This document shows, piece by piece, positions 13,717 through 25,500 of a stretch of 64,000 nt of DNA. The stretch covers positions 59,458,001-59,522,000 of the forward strand of contig NW_026262723.1 in assembly GCF_021869535.1 (NCBI RefSeq). The letters run 5' to 3'. Origin of the DNA: Mytilus californianus (lineage: Eukaryota). A program made the position numbers and the translations under genes. The notes beneath the pieces are model-generated. The model saw only the letters and a list, made by a program, of their open reading frames with translations. It made no database searches and had not been told where the DNA came from. Positions within the stretch are counted from its first letter, which is position 1, and each line of letters starts with the position of its first letter.

Positions 13717-14173
13717 CTACTGCTCAAAAGGCTCAGTTCTTATTGACACAACGTCGTTGTCCTCAACAATCTTAATAGTTTCTGCAACTTCATGGTGGGA
13801 TGAGCCTTTAACTTGTTTTCCATCGTCTGTGATTATTTTATCCAATTGTTTAAGACCTGCCTTTGCAGTATTGGAAGAAACATCTGACACGTGAAAAGGT
13901 TCAATTGATATTGACACAACGTCGTTGTCTTCAACATTCTTAAACATTTCTGCAACTTCATGGTGAGATGAGCCTTTAACTTGTTTTCCATCCACTGCGA
14001 TTATTTTATCTAACTGTTTAAGACCTGCTTTAGCAGCAGAACCACCGGTAACAACATCTGACACATAAATGTCGTCGTTAAAATCCTTTCCACCGATAAG
14101 ACGGAAACCATACCCAGACTCACAAGGTGACAGTAGCAATTCTTTTGATTTTGGGTTTGGGTTTGAAAAGGAT
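13717..14173 (-). CDS. B-box-PDZ gene 1, exon 2: PDZ domain plus duplicated PDZ C-terminal half
   Basis: Acceptor tttttcag|A TCC TTT (phase 2); GYGF carboxylate loop, then IYVSDV..G.AAKAGLKQLDKIIAVDG..V....H.EV = canonical PDZ; ends EPFEQ*. Confidence 0.88.
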
Positions 14174-14956
14174 CTGAAAAATATAAATAATTTCATTAAC
14201 TATTTTTATATTTTGAAATAATTAACATATACAATAAATACTTTTGATATATGAAAAAGGACATCCATTTTCAATATATGAATATTTGTAAATTATCATA
14301 GGTTATATATACGTTTTTAAAAACATACATCAAAAATAATGTGCTGATATTGTAGGGAAATGCATGTTTGTTAATACTCTTTTAAATATTTGAGTGATAG
14401 AATGCCTTGTTCATATATCATAAAAACTATTTTTCATAGATAACACATTGTTGAACTTGAAGACCAAAACCTATTTTTTGTTGATCCTGAATTGCTGATT
14501 ATTTTTTGCTGTTTATTGTTTCTCTCTATCTACTAGAAAAGAGATCCAATACACAAAGTGGATAACAATCATCATTTAAGGGCAATAACACTTTAAGGAC
14601 TCATCTAATGATTTGGTCATACTGATATTTTTGTAGAGTTTGTAAAGCTGATCATTTATTTGGTTTACAGTTGCTATTTATCTATCATTGTGTTTGAGAT
14701 AAAGGATAAAAGCACGACGATAAGACAAAAATAGTCCTGAATGAGTCATCCGATTGTTTCGGTCATTTAACATTTTTAGATTTTCTGTAAATTATCTGAA
14801 TACAAAATGTTAAAAAATTCAAAACACTTAAGTTTTTTTACCCCCAGGCGTGAATTGCCTTAGTCGTATTTTGGCACAACTTTTCGAATTTTCAGGTGTT
14901 AATGCTATTCATCTTTGTATTTGATTTGGCTTTCCAACTTTTCAATTCCAACAAAA

Positions 14957-14994
14957 CTGATGGATTTTTAGTAGACGAAGTGCGCGTCTGACGT
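14957..14994 (+). ncRNA. Degenerate type-I hammerhead motif (family A) in the B-box-PDZ-1 intron
   Basis: cugaugg-auuu uuagu agac-gaag-ugcgcg-uc-ugacgu; same family as 3888-3931, with several core mutations. Confidence 0.45.
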
Positions 14995-15389
14995 ATCAAG
15001 TTAAAAGCCTAGTATCTGTGATGAGTTTTACTTTACCTGTCTAGTATAGAACTGTTGCCTTTAATATCCTTTTAAATATAATAAGCAAAATGTTAAAAAT
15101 TAGCCAAAAAAAAATGTTAGGACATAAATCCTTATGTAGTCATCTCATATTTTTTGGTGAAAATAGAAAAAAAATTTGATCTTGACATTCTGAAATTTTT
15201 TTTCTGTCAGATTTTTTACTATGTAAGTGATAGCAAAATCTCACATTTCAAGGGTAGGTGAGCTAAAAACGCAAGAAACACACCGTACACCTGGCTGTTA
15301 TAATTTTGTTCAAACCCCGATATATAAGAACACGCATCACTGTTGTTATATTTTACCAACAGAATGAAAACAACACTTTTAAATTTCAT

Positions 15390-15431
15390 GCGTCCGAAGT
15401 GCTTTTCTGGATTCACCTTCATCAGGAACGC
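15390..15431 (-). ncRNA. Type-I minimal hammerhead ribozyme motif (family B), core intact
   Basis: Minus strand GCGUUC-CUGAUGA-AGGUGAAUCCA-GAAA-AGCACU-UC-GGACGC: stem I GCGUUC/GGACGC (6 bp with one GU), CUGAUGA and GAAA boxes, near-palindromic stem III AAGCACUU, UUC cleavage triplet; stem II is weak (GG/CC closed by an A-A mismatch). Confidence 0.6.
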
Positions 15432-15991
15432 TACGAGACGAATGTTTGAAAGCCAGGGATGTATAAAAACCGAAACATTTGGAGAGCTATATTACAAGGA
15501 AGGAAATTGAATACTTTAATGATGATTTCATCACTTCTTAAAGGAAATAAGATCTTAACCGTTTACTGAATTTAATACATAATTAAAGATATGCCTTTGT
15601 CGGTTAATACTGTTAACACAATACATTTGTCATCCGTAATATTTGGTATTATTCATATATCTTAAATACATCTTATATCCATTTTTTGTTTATAATATAT
15701 CAAAAATAATTTGCTGCATATAACATGATTTTAGGTTTATAGTATATGACAAATATCTTTTAAATAATATTAAACTTCATTTCAAATATTATGAATATTT
15801 CTCATATATTTATATTAGATTTAATAAATCATTAGATATATGTAAAATCCTGAATTTGAAGAGGGTGGTAAACCGTACTTGAAAGCTTGATACTTCTCCG
15901 ACTTGCATTTCTCTGACTGATTATAGTTGACTTTAACACACGTAATATACGAGTTGTTAATTTATTATTGATACCATCACTGATCACTTAC

Positions 15992-16758
15992 AAAAATTTG
16001 ATACGTCCTAGTAAACCCATGATGATTTTTTCGTCGACTGGTTGGGCACAATATGAAACCGCAGGGACATCAGGCAGGTTAGGAAGTTCCATTGCTTTCA
16101 TGTCATTGAGAAGTTTTTGAATTTCATGAATAGATGTTTCGGTTGCTTCTTTCTGTCCAATTTCATCTATCTGCTTTAGCCATTGTGTGAATGTACTTGA
16201 AATTGCATCCTGAAAACACATAGGATAATGGTTTCTCACGTTTTCACGAGATTTCTTTACGTTTTCAATTATTGCGTTAACCATTTTGTCAATACTAGAC
16301 TTTATCTTTGCACCTTGATTTGAAATTGCTCGCTCAAGCTTTTCGCTCTCCTTCTCATAAGACGTTGTCATTGATAACATGTCACCGCTTTTACGCTTGA
16401 AATCGCTAAAGATTCCTTTCATTGTTGTAGATGCTTGGTAGTGCAAGGATGAAAACATCTTATCAACTTCGTCCACGCTATGGCCATTGTGGTTTTCGAC
16501 TAGACAACCCTTACACAACGCAAAATCGCAATCTAAACACATAAACACATGTCGATCAACATGATTACATTTCAGCTGTTCCTCTACATCCTCTACATCC
16601 ACCTCGAAACTTTTTCCAAATACATGATTACGTGCAATCTTTAATCTTAGATGTGCAGTCTTGCAGCTGTAACAAAAGTACTGTCGACATTGTTTACAGT
16701 AATGTGATCCTGTTGCTTGAACACAAATTTCACAATTTCCAATTGGACATTGTGCCAT
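15992..16758 (-). CDS. B-box-PDZ gene 1, exon 1: RING-less B-box1 + B-box2 + coiled coil (TRIM-like); spliced product ~407 aa
   Basis: ATG at 16758 (MAQCPIG); B-box1 CEIC..CKQC.QYFCYSC..AH..RNH; B-box2 CNH..CLDC.FALCKGC..NHNGH; helical coiled-coil region; ends AAA TTT TT|gtaagt (phase 2), matching the PDZ acceptor. Confidence 0.9.
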
Positions 16759-18339
16759 TTTACTTTTATCATGTGTACGTTTCAAGTCGAATGTTTTACT
16801 TCCTGTTTATACAAGTGTCTATCTTATCTTTACACATGCTTTCCTTTTCCTTGAAAATACTATAATGATCTTATCATCATTTTGATTTTAATAAATTACT
16901 CTTAAGTAAAGTTCACACTATATACATTTGAACCTTATATTGACAATTGTGATAATGTTAACATATCAGCGTATAATTCTATAGATATAATTCTATATCT
17001 ATTATGGTGTTTAGATATTAGGCAATTACTTCAATTTTACCCTTATGTTCTATTTCCGCCATGGTGGCCATGTTGGTTGATTGAGAAGAGCGGAAAACAT
17101 ACAATTTATATAACATTCCCGGAAGGATCATTAAGTCCATGTGTAGTTGAAATTAGTCCAGTAGTTTTAAGAAAATTTTTAAAAAGCATACGACGACGGG
17201 CATCGATGAAGTACACCAAGTGATCGCAATAATTCATCTGGTCCATAGGACCTGGTTTTTGATTTGTTGAAATGTACGAATCTATTTGCAAATTATTTTT
17301 GTTTACTTTGAAAAACTAAACTTTGCTTCTTTTGGAATTACCTTCAGAAACATTAAAAACCTTAATAAAAAACATAATTGATATTTCAATACTCGAATAT
17401 CTCATAAAAAGCTGTCGATAATATACATCGTAGATGTTGTTAATAATTTTTCATACGGAAAAAGATTTTTCGCATCAAGTCATGAGAACAATATAAAATC
17501 TATAGTTATACATCGGTTTAAAGTTGAAACTTATCTGATAACTTCATACATCAAACTAGTGTTTAAGAGGGAAGGAAATACATATACAATCGTAACTACT
17601 CGGGCATTCTCGCTACACATACAATAGTATTATAGGCGTAGCCAAAATGGCCGAGTAGTTACATTTGAATTTATTTACTCGTTTCCGTTTAAAAAAGAAA
17701 AACTTTAATTTCCTTGATGCTTTAGATTCGTGTTAAGAACGATACAGATCTAAAGTTTCAAAGCCAATCAAAAAGTTTCAATTCGTTAGAAAAATTGTAA
17801 CGAAGTACACTCTATATGAACAAGTGAAACTAGCCCCAGACCACAATTAATGATCCCGCTTTTCGTTGTCCTTAATTACATGTAGTTCCCTTTAATTAAA
17901 GTGTATTTTTTCTTTATTTTTTTTCTTTCCTTTTCTCATACATTTCTTAGTTTTTATATGGTGGAAATGAAAGAAGAGAGCTGAAATAAATTTTTGGATG
18001 TTTTATTGTAACTGATTTTGATATGGAAAGAGTGATTAGGCCAGATGCAAAAAGGTAATATTTACAGTTTTCGGAACATCTCTCGATTAGTCCATAGGGG
18101 TATGGATGTGTATTGGCTAAATTTGTAAGATGTAAACGTTCAATTTTTCTGAAACTTGGATATATTTTTGGACTTGTACTGTACATTACACACACAAAAG
18201 ATTTGACAAAAAAAACAGGTAAACTTTTTTAATGCGACAAAACGTTATAAAGAACTAATAGGGGGAATTAATTGTGGTCTGTGGCCAACTGTATATAATT
18301 ATACTATGGAACGCCAAAACTGTCTTATTATGCCCATTT

Positions 18340-18960
18340 TCATTTTATGATGTGCATTTGCCTTTATATGATGTGCACTTGTCATTATATGATGTGCAAA
18401 CATACTCATATGATGTACAAACATCCTTATATGATGTGCAAATATACTTATATGATGTGCAAACATACTTATCTGATGTGCAAACATACTTATATGATGT
18501 GCAAATATCTTTATATGATGTGCAAATATACTTATATGATGTGCAAATATACTTATATGATGTGCAAATGTACTTATATGATGTGCAAACATACTTATAT
18601 GATGTGCAAATATACTTATATGATGTGCAAATGTACTTATATGATGTGCAAATATACTTATATGACGTGCAAACATCAATATATGATGTGCAAACACATT
18701 TATATAATGTGCAAATATCTGTATATGATGTGCAAATATATTTATATGATGTGCAAATGTACTTATATGAGGTGCAAACATACTTATATGATGTGCAAAT
18801 ATACTTATATGATGTGCAAATGTACTTATATGATGTGCAAAGATCCTTATATGATGTGCAAATATATTTATATGATGTGCAAATATCCTTATATGATGTG
18901 CATCTTCCCTTATATTATGTGCAGACATCTTTATATGATGTGGGTGTGTCATTATATTAT
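18340..18960 (+). repeat. 21-bp minisatellite (atatacttatatgatgtgcaa)n in the left arm
   Basis: About 29 degenerate units; produces ORFs 18274-19218, 18299-18973 and 18347-18970. Confidence 0.95.
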
Positions 18961-19329
18961 GTGCTTGTAACAATATATTATGTGGTGCGGTTTACTTCAT
19001 TATATGATGTCAAAACGTCCTTATATGATGTGCTTTCATCGTTGTTATGGTCAAAGAACATGATTACAATTAGAACGATTACTGTCTACGTCATAACTGA
19101 TTCCGATCTGCTTATCCGGAATTATTATAAACCCGGCTCAAATCTGAAGCTATCGTTTGGAAAATGGTTGAGGTTTTTAGAGATAAACATTGCATGGCAC
19201 GTTGGTACCTCGTTTTAAAGATGAAAGAAACACATCTGATATTATTGGAAAATTGTCAAAATATAAATTGCAAAGTTTAGGTTTATTCGATGGGTTTAAA
19301 ATAATGAACATACGGTGAAAGTGATTTAT

Positions 19330-19620
19330 TATGGGTCTTAGACTGTGTACTGAGCACCTGGAGTTCAAATAACCAGAGGATATTCTGCATTGTTTTTTTG
19401 AATGCCAGTTTCCTGTTTCTGATTTAGCAGCTCCAATCTCGTATCAGCTTCCGAAAGTGCATTTTATAGAAAAAGTGAGATAGTGCAATTTAATAAAAAA
19501 AATCAACGTTTCAAACATTTCGGAGGAAGATTTAGACCCATTAAAACAGGAGCTAGTTGAAAAATTTTCCCTGCTGCGGCGAAAATATGATAAAACAACT
19601 TTTATTGCAAAAGACAGCTT
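19330..19620 (+). pseudogene. Decayed HTH / pre-integrase transposase-like fragment
   Basis: With frameshifts: PEDILHCFFECQFPVSDLAA..VS.SES.FYRK..NVSNISEEDLDPLKQELVEK/FPCCGENMIKQLLLQK; the right arm reads ISEEDLNQLMQELFEEFP*CGENMIN. Resembles the ISD..LD...FP..GE.M motif that precedes the catalytic core of IS3-like integrase-core proteins (recalled). Confidence 0.55.
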
Positions 19621-19765
19621 TACCGGTATATGTATTCCCTCTTTCTGAATTGTCGCTTTATCTTAATTCTTTTCCTATACCAATTAGATCACAATAATTT
19701 TTAAAAGTATTTCATAACAATAGCTATAAAATTTTCTACTTATGCATAAGTAAACCGGTATGGAT

Positions 19766-20023
19766 AATTGATTGATTGATTGATGTTTTACGCCACTTTC
19801 AGCACTATCGTGCTATTTCGAGGCGGTCACTTTATATTGGTGGAGGAAGCCGTAGTGCCCAGAGAGAATCACCGACCATCGGTAGTAAAACTGACAGTCC
19901 TAGTCAATTAAGATTAGAGTCGAGCTTACCTGCCACATGTGTAATTCGAACTCACACCTTAAGTGTTGACAGGCTAGTGATACAGTAGTTATACTACTTA
20001 GACTACTCAGCCACCGATGACCC
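19766..20023 (-). mobile_element. Full-length tRNA-derived SINE
   Basis: Head ggggtcatcggTGGCTGAGTAGTctaag (A box) ... GAGTTCGAATT (B box); (aatc)n tail; 11-bp TSD ccggtatggat at 19755-19765 and 20024-20034. Confidence 0.85.
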
Positions 20024-20689
20024 CCGGTATGGATGAAAGGAGATATAGGATTAACTTGGTGCGTTACATTTGCGCACAGCTTTATATTACGTTTTCGCGC
20101 ATGTATTTTACAGCTTCAACTAGACAGTAACCCGCAACATAAAAGGTTTCGATGGAAGCCGTTCATATATACACCTCCAGACTCAAGAACTTAAAACAGC
20201 GCCAAGGTACCGACCAATCATTTTTTGTTTTTGGTGGGGGGGATGCATGTTTTTTTAAATGTTTGATTCCAGATATTGAAAAAGATATTATTTGTTTCAG
20301 AAGGAGAGCAAATAAAATAGATTGTTTCCATTGAAAATGTCTTTTCTATTTAGAGGCAGTTTCTTCTATAAGAAGTTGATACACAAATTTCAAATACAAA
20401 TGTATGATCATTTTTTGTAAATTTTGCCTTGCTGATCATTTTAGCTGTTCAAGTTTCTCGTTATATATTACTTTTCTCAAGATATTAGTAAAAAAAAGAC
20501 GCAATAATCGGCAAAAATCGGACACTGGGAGGGTGATGACTCCTGTAAGGGATCAGTCAGTTATAACCCCAAAAAGAAGGGATGAGGACCTTGAATTTTG
20601 GAATGGAAAGGTGGTATTCATTTTTTTATATTTATAAATTTGCAGCCGTATAATGGTATGGCGATGTCGTCGTCGTCCGAAGACGTTTG

Positions 20690-21505
20690 GTTTCCAGAAC
20701 ATAACTTGAGTATAAGTATATGGATCTCTATCAAATTGTACCACAGGGTTCAATACTACAAAAGGAAGGTTGGGATTGATTTTTTTTGTCTTAACTGTTT
20801 AGGAATTAGGGGCCAACAACAAGTATTTTTCTTGTTTCAGGAAAATCACTTGTGTATAAGTGTATGGATCTCTATGAAATTGTACCATAAGGTTCTATAC
20901 TAAAAAAAGAATGTTGGGATTAATTTTGGGGGTTATGGCCTTAACCGTTAAGGAAGTAGGGGCCTTTAATTTCTTGACCAATTTCAATAGGGTTAAATTC
21001 AAAGTCTTGAATTCTTGGGATCTTTAATATGTTGAATCTAACCGTGTAATTAGATTTTTGATTTTGGGCCCCGTTTTTAAATTGGTCCGAAATTGAGGTC
21101 CAAAGGGTCTAAAATTAATCCTTGTTCGATTTCATCAAAAAATGAATTATTGTGGTTCTTTGATATACCGAATCAAGCCGTGTATTTAGATTTTTTATTT
21201 TGGGCCTCGTCTTCAAATTTGTTCACATTAAGGTCCAAAGGGTCCAAATCAAACTTTGTTTGATTTCAACAAAAATTGAATTCTTGGGGTTCTTTGATAT
21301 GCTGAATCTAACTATATATTTAAATTTTGGGTATTGGACCAGATAATAGGTAAATGTCCAATTTCATTTTTTTAAGATGTTAGACCACATTCATTCTGTA
21401 TCGGAAATCTATGCTGTGTCAAATATTTGATCATTATCCAAATTCAGAGCTGTATCAAGCTTGAATGGTGTGTCCATACTTGCCCCAACTGTTTATGGTT
21501 CGATC
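20690..21505 (+). repeat. Element with internal tandem units (two ~144-bp units, then about three 134-137-bp units)
   Basis: Repeated acttg.gtataagt.tatggatctctat.aaattgtacca at 20704 and 20848; ttctttgatat..gaatc.a.cc at ~21019, 21156 and 21290. Confidence 0.7.
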
Positions 21506-22868
21506 CACACCCTACACCCCCCTACAGTAACAAAAATAGTTTTGACTCGAAACACATCAATTTTTTATAACCGGCATATCCAAATTAAGTTCCCTGAAGT
21601 CGCAAACAACTTCCACACTTAAAGTTCTAGATCTACTACTGACGCAATATTTTATACGTAAAATAGCAATAGAAATTTAATGCATTTTTTTTGAGAAATG
21701 CCCATTTTACAAATCTATATGAAAAATGTAGGGCTAACTATTTGGTCATTGCTCTAGATCGTGTATTGCTCATCATTTCAACTGTTTACAGTTTCTACCA
21801 AAAAAACATATTATTTCAAGCCAATTACTCCAACAATGATTCATCGCCGGAATAAATTTGGTGGAACTAGAAAGTACATGTAGGTATAGATCTTGACAAT
21901 CTGCGCAAGTTTTTAATGAAAAAGTGATTGAATAATACATTTCCCGTTGTTTTTCAATGGAAACTATGTGCCACTGTGATCAGAATCGGCAACCTATCAA
22001 TAGTAAATGGTAATCGTTGAAAGGGATCTCTCATCATTAATCTTATAGAGTTTCCAAACATATAGCTTTGCAGTTTCAGTGAAGAGGATTTTTAGAAATT
22101 GACCTGCCAAATTCAAAAATTGACTCCGGTGGTATTATTTTAACAAATCGGAACAAAATGAAGGTTTTTTGTATAGGACTTTCAATACATTATTCTTACA
22201 AAGATTTATTAAAATTGGCTGAGTGGTTTCAGAGAAGAAGAAAATGTGAAAGTTTACGGACGACGTATACTTAATGACGAGAATAGCTCACATGGCCTTA
22301 CAGGCCTGCATGACACCTATAGGCTTCAAAGATCATATGTCGCTCACCTAGGTCTATGTGCATATTCAACACTGGTTGGACTCTCTCTCCAACAACTTAG
22401 ACAAGAATAGAGTTCATGACAAAAATCTCTTTTTTTTATTGAACTTGTATTGCTGATCATTTTGTCTGTATACATTGTAGTTTCTCTCTATCGTCTTTAG
22501 TTTTTGCTCAAAACACAAAAGAGAGTAATAAAAAATGTCATTTAAGGGCTTCTTCTTCTTCCGAATACGAGAGTGGACTCATAGGTGGGATTGTAATAAT
22601 AATAAGAAAAGGGCAATGACGCCTATGAAGAGTGAGTCTTATTACTATAACGGCAAAATTTGACTATGTGGATCTTGCCTTGCTGATCATTTTTTTTATT
22701 TTTAAAAAGTTTCTTTTCATCTATTAACTACCTATTATAGTTTTTCATCATATAAGGCAAAATGCAAAAAAAAAGGTAAAAATCGTCATTAAAGGGTAAT
22801 GACTTCAATAAGGAGTCGTCGGAAATTTCCACCATATTATCTTAAATGTAGATCTTGGCTTGCTGATC

Positions 22869-23036
22869 NNNNNNNNNNNNNNNNNNNNNNNNNNNNNNNN
22901 NNNNNNNNNNNNNNNNNNNNNNNNNNNNNNNNNNNNNNNNNNNNNNNNNNNNNNNNNNNNNNNNNNNNNNNNNNNNNNNNNNNNNNNNNNNNNNNNNNNN
23001 NNNNNNNNNNNNNNNNNNNNNNNNNNNNNNNNNNNN
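22869..23036. other. Assembly gap (168 N)
   Basis: Run of N inside a ~150-bp-unit repeat; ORFs crossing it are artefacts. Confidence 1.
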
Positions 23037-23199
23037 TCGTGTCAACTGACGATTTCCACCGTGCAAACTTATTCGTAGATCTTGTATAGCTGATCATTTT
23101 TGCAACTTTATTTTTCTTTCTATCTATTATAGTTTTCAAGTTAATAGGCAAAAATGAAAACAACAATGGTAAAATTTGTCATTTAAGGGCAAAAAGGAC

Positions 23200-23550
23200 A
23201 AAAGCTTTGACGTTCCTGGATAATTGGTAGAGCTCAACATTCCAAACATTTTTGATCTATCAGATATTCTCTATTTATAACGATTTTCAAAATAATAGAC
23301 AAAACTTGCATTTTACCCCTATGTTTTATTTTTAGCCATGTCGGCCATCTTGGTTGGCAGACGGGGTCATCGGACACATTTTTAAACATGATACCCCGAT
23401 AATGATTGTGGCCAAGTTTAGTTAAATTTGGTCCAGTAGTTTCAGAGGAGAAGATTTTTGTAAAAGTTAACGGCCGACGACTACAACGGACGACGGACGA
23501 CGACGACGGACGCCGGACGACGAGTGAAGTGAAAAGCTGACTTGGCTAAT
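23200..23550 (+). repeat. Interspersed repeat (gccatcttggttgg...ggacgacggacgacg family)
   Basis: Degenerate copies at ~13240-13470, 17030-17300 and 22030-22310. Confidence 0.65.
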
Positions 23551-25129
23551 AACAGTTACTATTGGAAAACTGGACTTTATTTAAAAAAAAAATTAACATC
23601 CTCAATCCTCAAGCTTAAATGATTACGGAGCCCTGTTGTAAAGTCCAGAGCTTGAGTTGTAAAAGAAATTTATATCTACTGAGCTGAACATTATATCTAC
23701 ATCGCTTGACTTTATATCTATAGCGCTTGATTCTACTTCTCCAGCGCTTCACTTTAAAAAAAAACACAACTCTCTTTCTGTATGAGACCAAAAGGCCTCA
23801 GTAAACAATGATTTTTTTTGTTATGTTCATTTAGACACCAATCGTCCTAGCTTTGCTTACAAGGATCCGAAAACGCTCTATTCTATTTTCTGTTTTAGAG
23901 ACCATATGTGATTCTCTGGTTTTGTCGGATTGATACACACCTTCAAAAATTTAAAGGCTGAAATTACCAGAAGAGAAAGAGGCTTAGACACAGGATCTGT
24001 ATCTTAATCAGATTGGTTAGGCACCGACTATTCATCTTTTGTGGGTGGGAACATGTGTATTTCCTTGGGCTCAGGTCAAACATATTTTTCGACTTTAATA
24101 AAAAAAAAATTTTCAATAACATAATTTTTTTTTTAATTTCATTCTTGTTTTTATTTTTTCCCTCGTTTTCAATGGAAACAAACTATTTTTTCGCTTCCCT
24201 TCTGAAATAAATAGTCTTTTTCAAGAAATTTGGAATCAAACATTTAAAAAAAATCCGGGCACTACGGCTTCCTCCATCAATATAAACTGACCGCCACGAA
24301 ATAGCACGATTGTGTTGAAAGTGGCGTTAAACCCCAATCAATTAATCAATCAATCAATCAATCAATCAATTAATCACCCAAACCGGTATAATTATGCATG
24401 AGTAGATAATTTTATAGCTATTGTTATGAAATACTTTAAAATGACTGTGATTTAATTGGTGTCTTTTGCAATAAAAGATGATTTATCATATTTTCCCCGC
24501 ATCAGGGAAATTCTTCAAATAGCTCCTGCATTAATTGATTTAAATCTTCCTCCGAAATGTTTAAAACGTTGATTTTTGTTAAATTGCACCGTCACATTTT
24601 TTCTATAAAATGCACTTTCGGAAGCTGCTACGAGGCTGGAGCTGCTAAATCAGAAACAGTAAACTGGCATTAAAAAAAATGCAGAATATCCTCTGGTTTA
24701 TGAAATATTTGAACTTCGGGTGCTCAGTACACAGTCAAGGACCCATAATTTAATAACTTTCACCGTATGTTCATTATTGTAAACCCATCGATTAAACCTA
24801 AACTTTGCAATTTATATTTTGACAATTTTCCAACAATATCAGAATGGTTTTTTCATCTTTAAAACGAGGTACCAACGTGCCAATGTTTATCTCTTTTAAA
24901 ATCTCAACCACTTTCCAAACAATAGATTCAGATTTGAGCCGGGTTTGTAATAATTCCGGATAAGCAGATCGGAATCAGTTATGACGTAGACAGTAATTGT
25001 TCTAATTGTAATCCTGTTCATTGACCATAACAACGATGAAAACACAGCATATAAGGACGTTTTGACATCATATAATGAAGTAAACCGCACCACATAATAT
25101 AATGTAACAAGCACATAATATAATGACAC

Positions 25130-25500
25130 AACCACATCATATAAGTATATTTGCACATAATATAAGAATGTTAGCACATCATATAAGTACATTTGCACAT
25201 CATATAAGTATATTTGCACATCATATAAGTATATTTGCACATCATATAAGTATGTTTGCACATCATATAAGTATGTTTGCACATCATATACGTATGTTTG
25301 CACATCATATAAGTATATTTGCACATTATATAAGGATGTTTGCACATCATATAAGTATATTTGCACATTATATAAGGATGTTTGCACATCATATTAGTAT
25401 ATTTGCACATCATATAAATATGTTTGCACATCATATAAAGTTGCTTGTACATCATATAATGACAAGTGCACATCATATAAAGGTAAATGCACATCATATA
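25130..25500 (-). repeat. 21-bp minisatellite in the right arm (inverse of 18340-18960, fewer units)
   Basis: (ttgcacatcatataagtatat)n, about 17 units. Confidence 0.95.

Noticed and set aside
16759-17950. A RING-domain exon upstream of the B-box genes
   Set aside because: I found no C3HC4 pattern upstream of either ATG; a distant exon cannot be fully excluded without RNA data.
18340-18960. CRISPR-like appearance of the regular repeats
   Set aside because: Contiguous units with no unique spacers, no cas genes and a eukaryotic context.
18274-19218. 314-aa ORF (YLYDVQI repeats) and the overlapping His-rich and Cys/Met-rich ORFs, also at 24896-25551
   Set aside because: These are translations of a 21-bp minisatellite that is stop-free in several frames; they lie inside transposon arms and have no splice or domain support.
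19370-19410. EDILHCFFEC read as a LINE zf-RVT motif
   Set aside because: No upstream C-x2-C in frame; the downstream context fits an HTH/integrase-associated protein better.
22799-23166. ORFs containing X runs
   Set aside because: They span the N gap.
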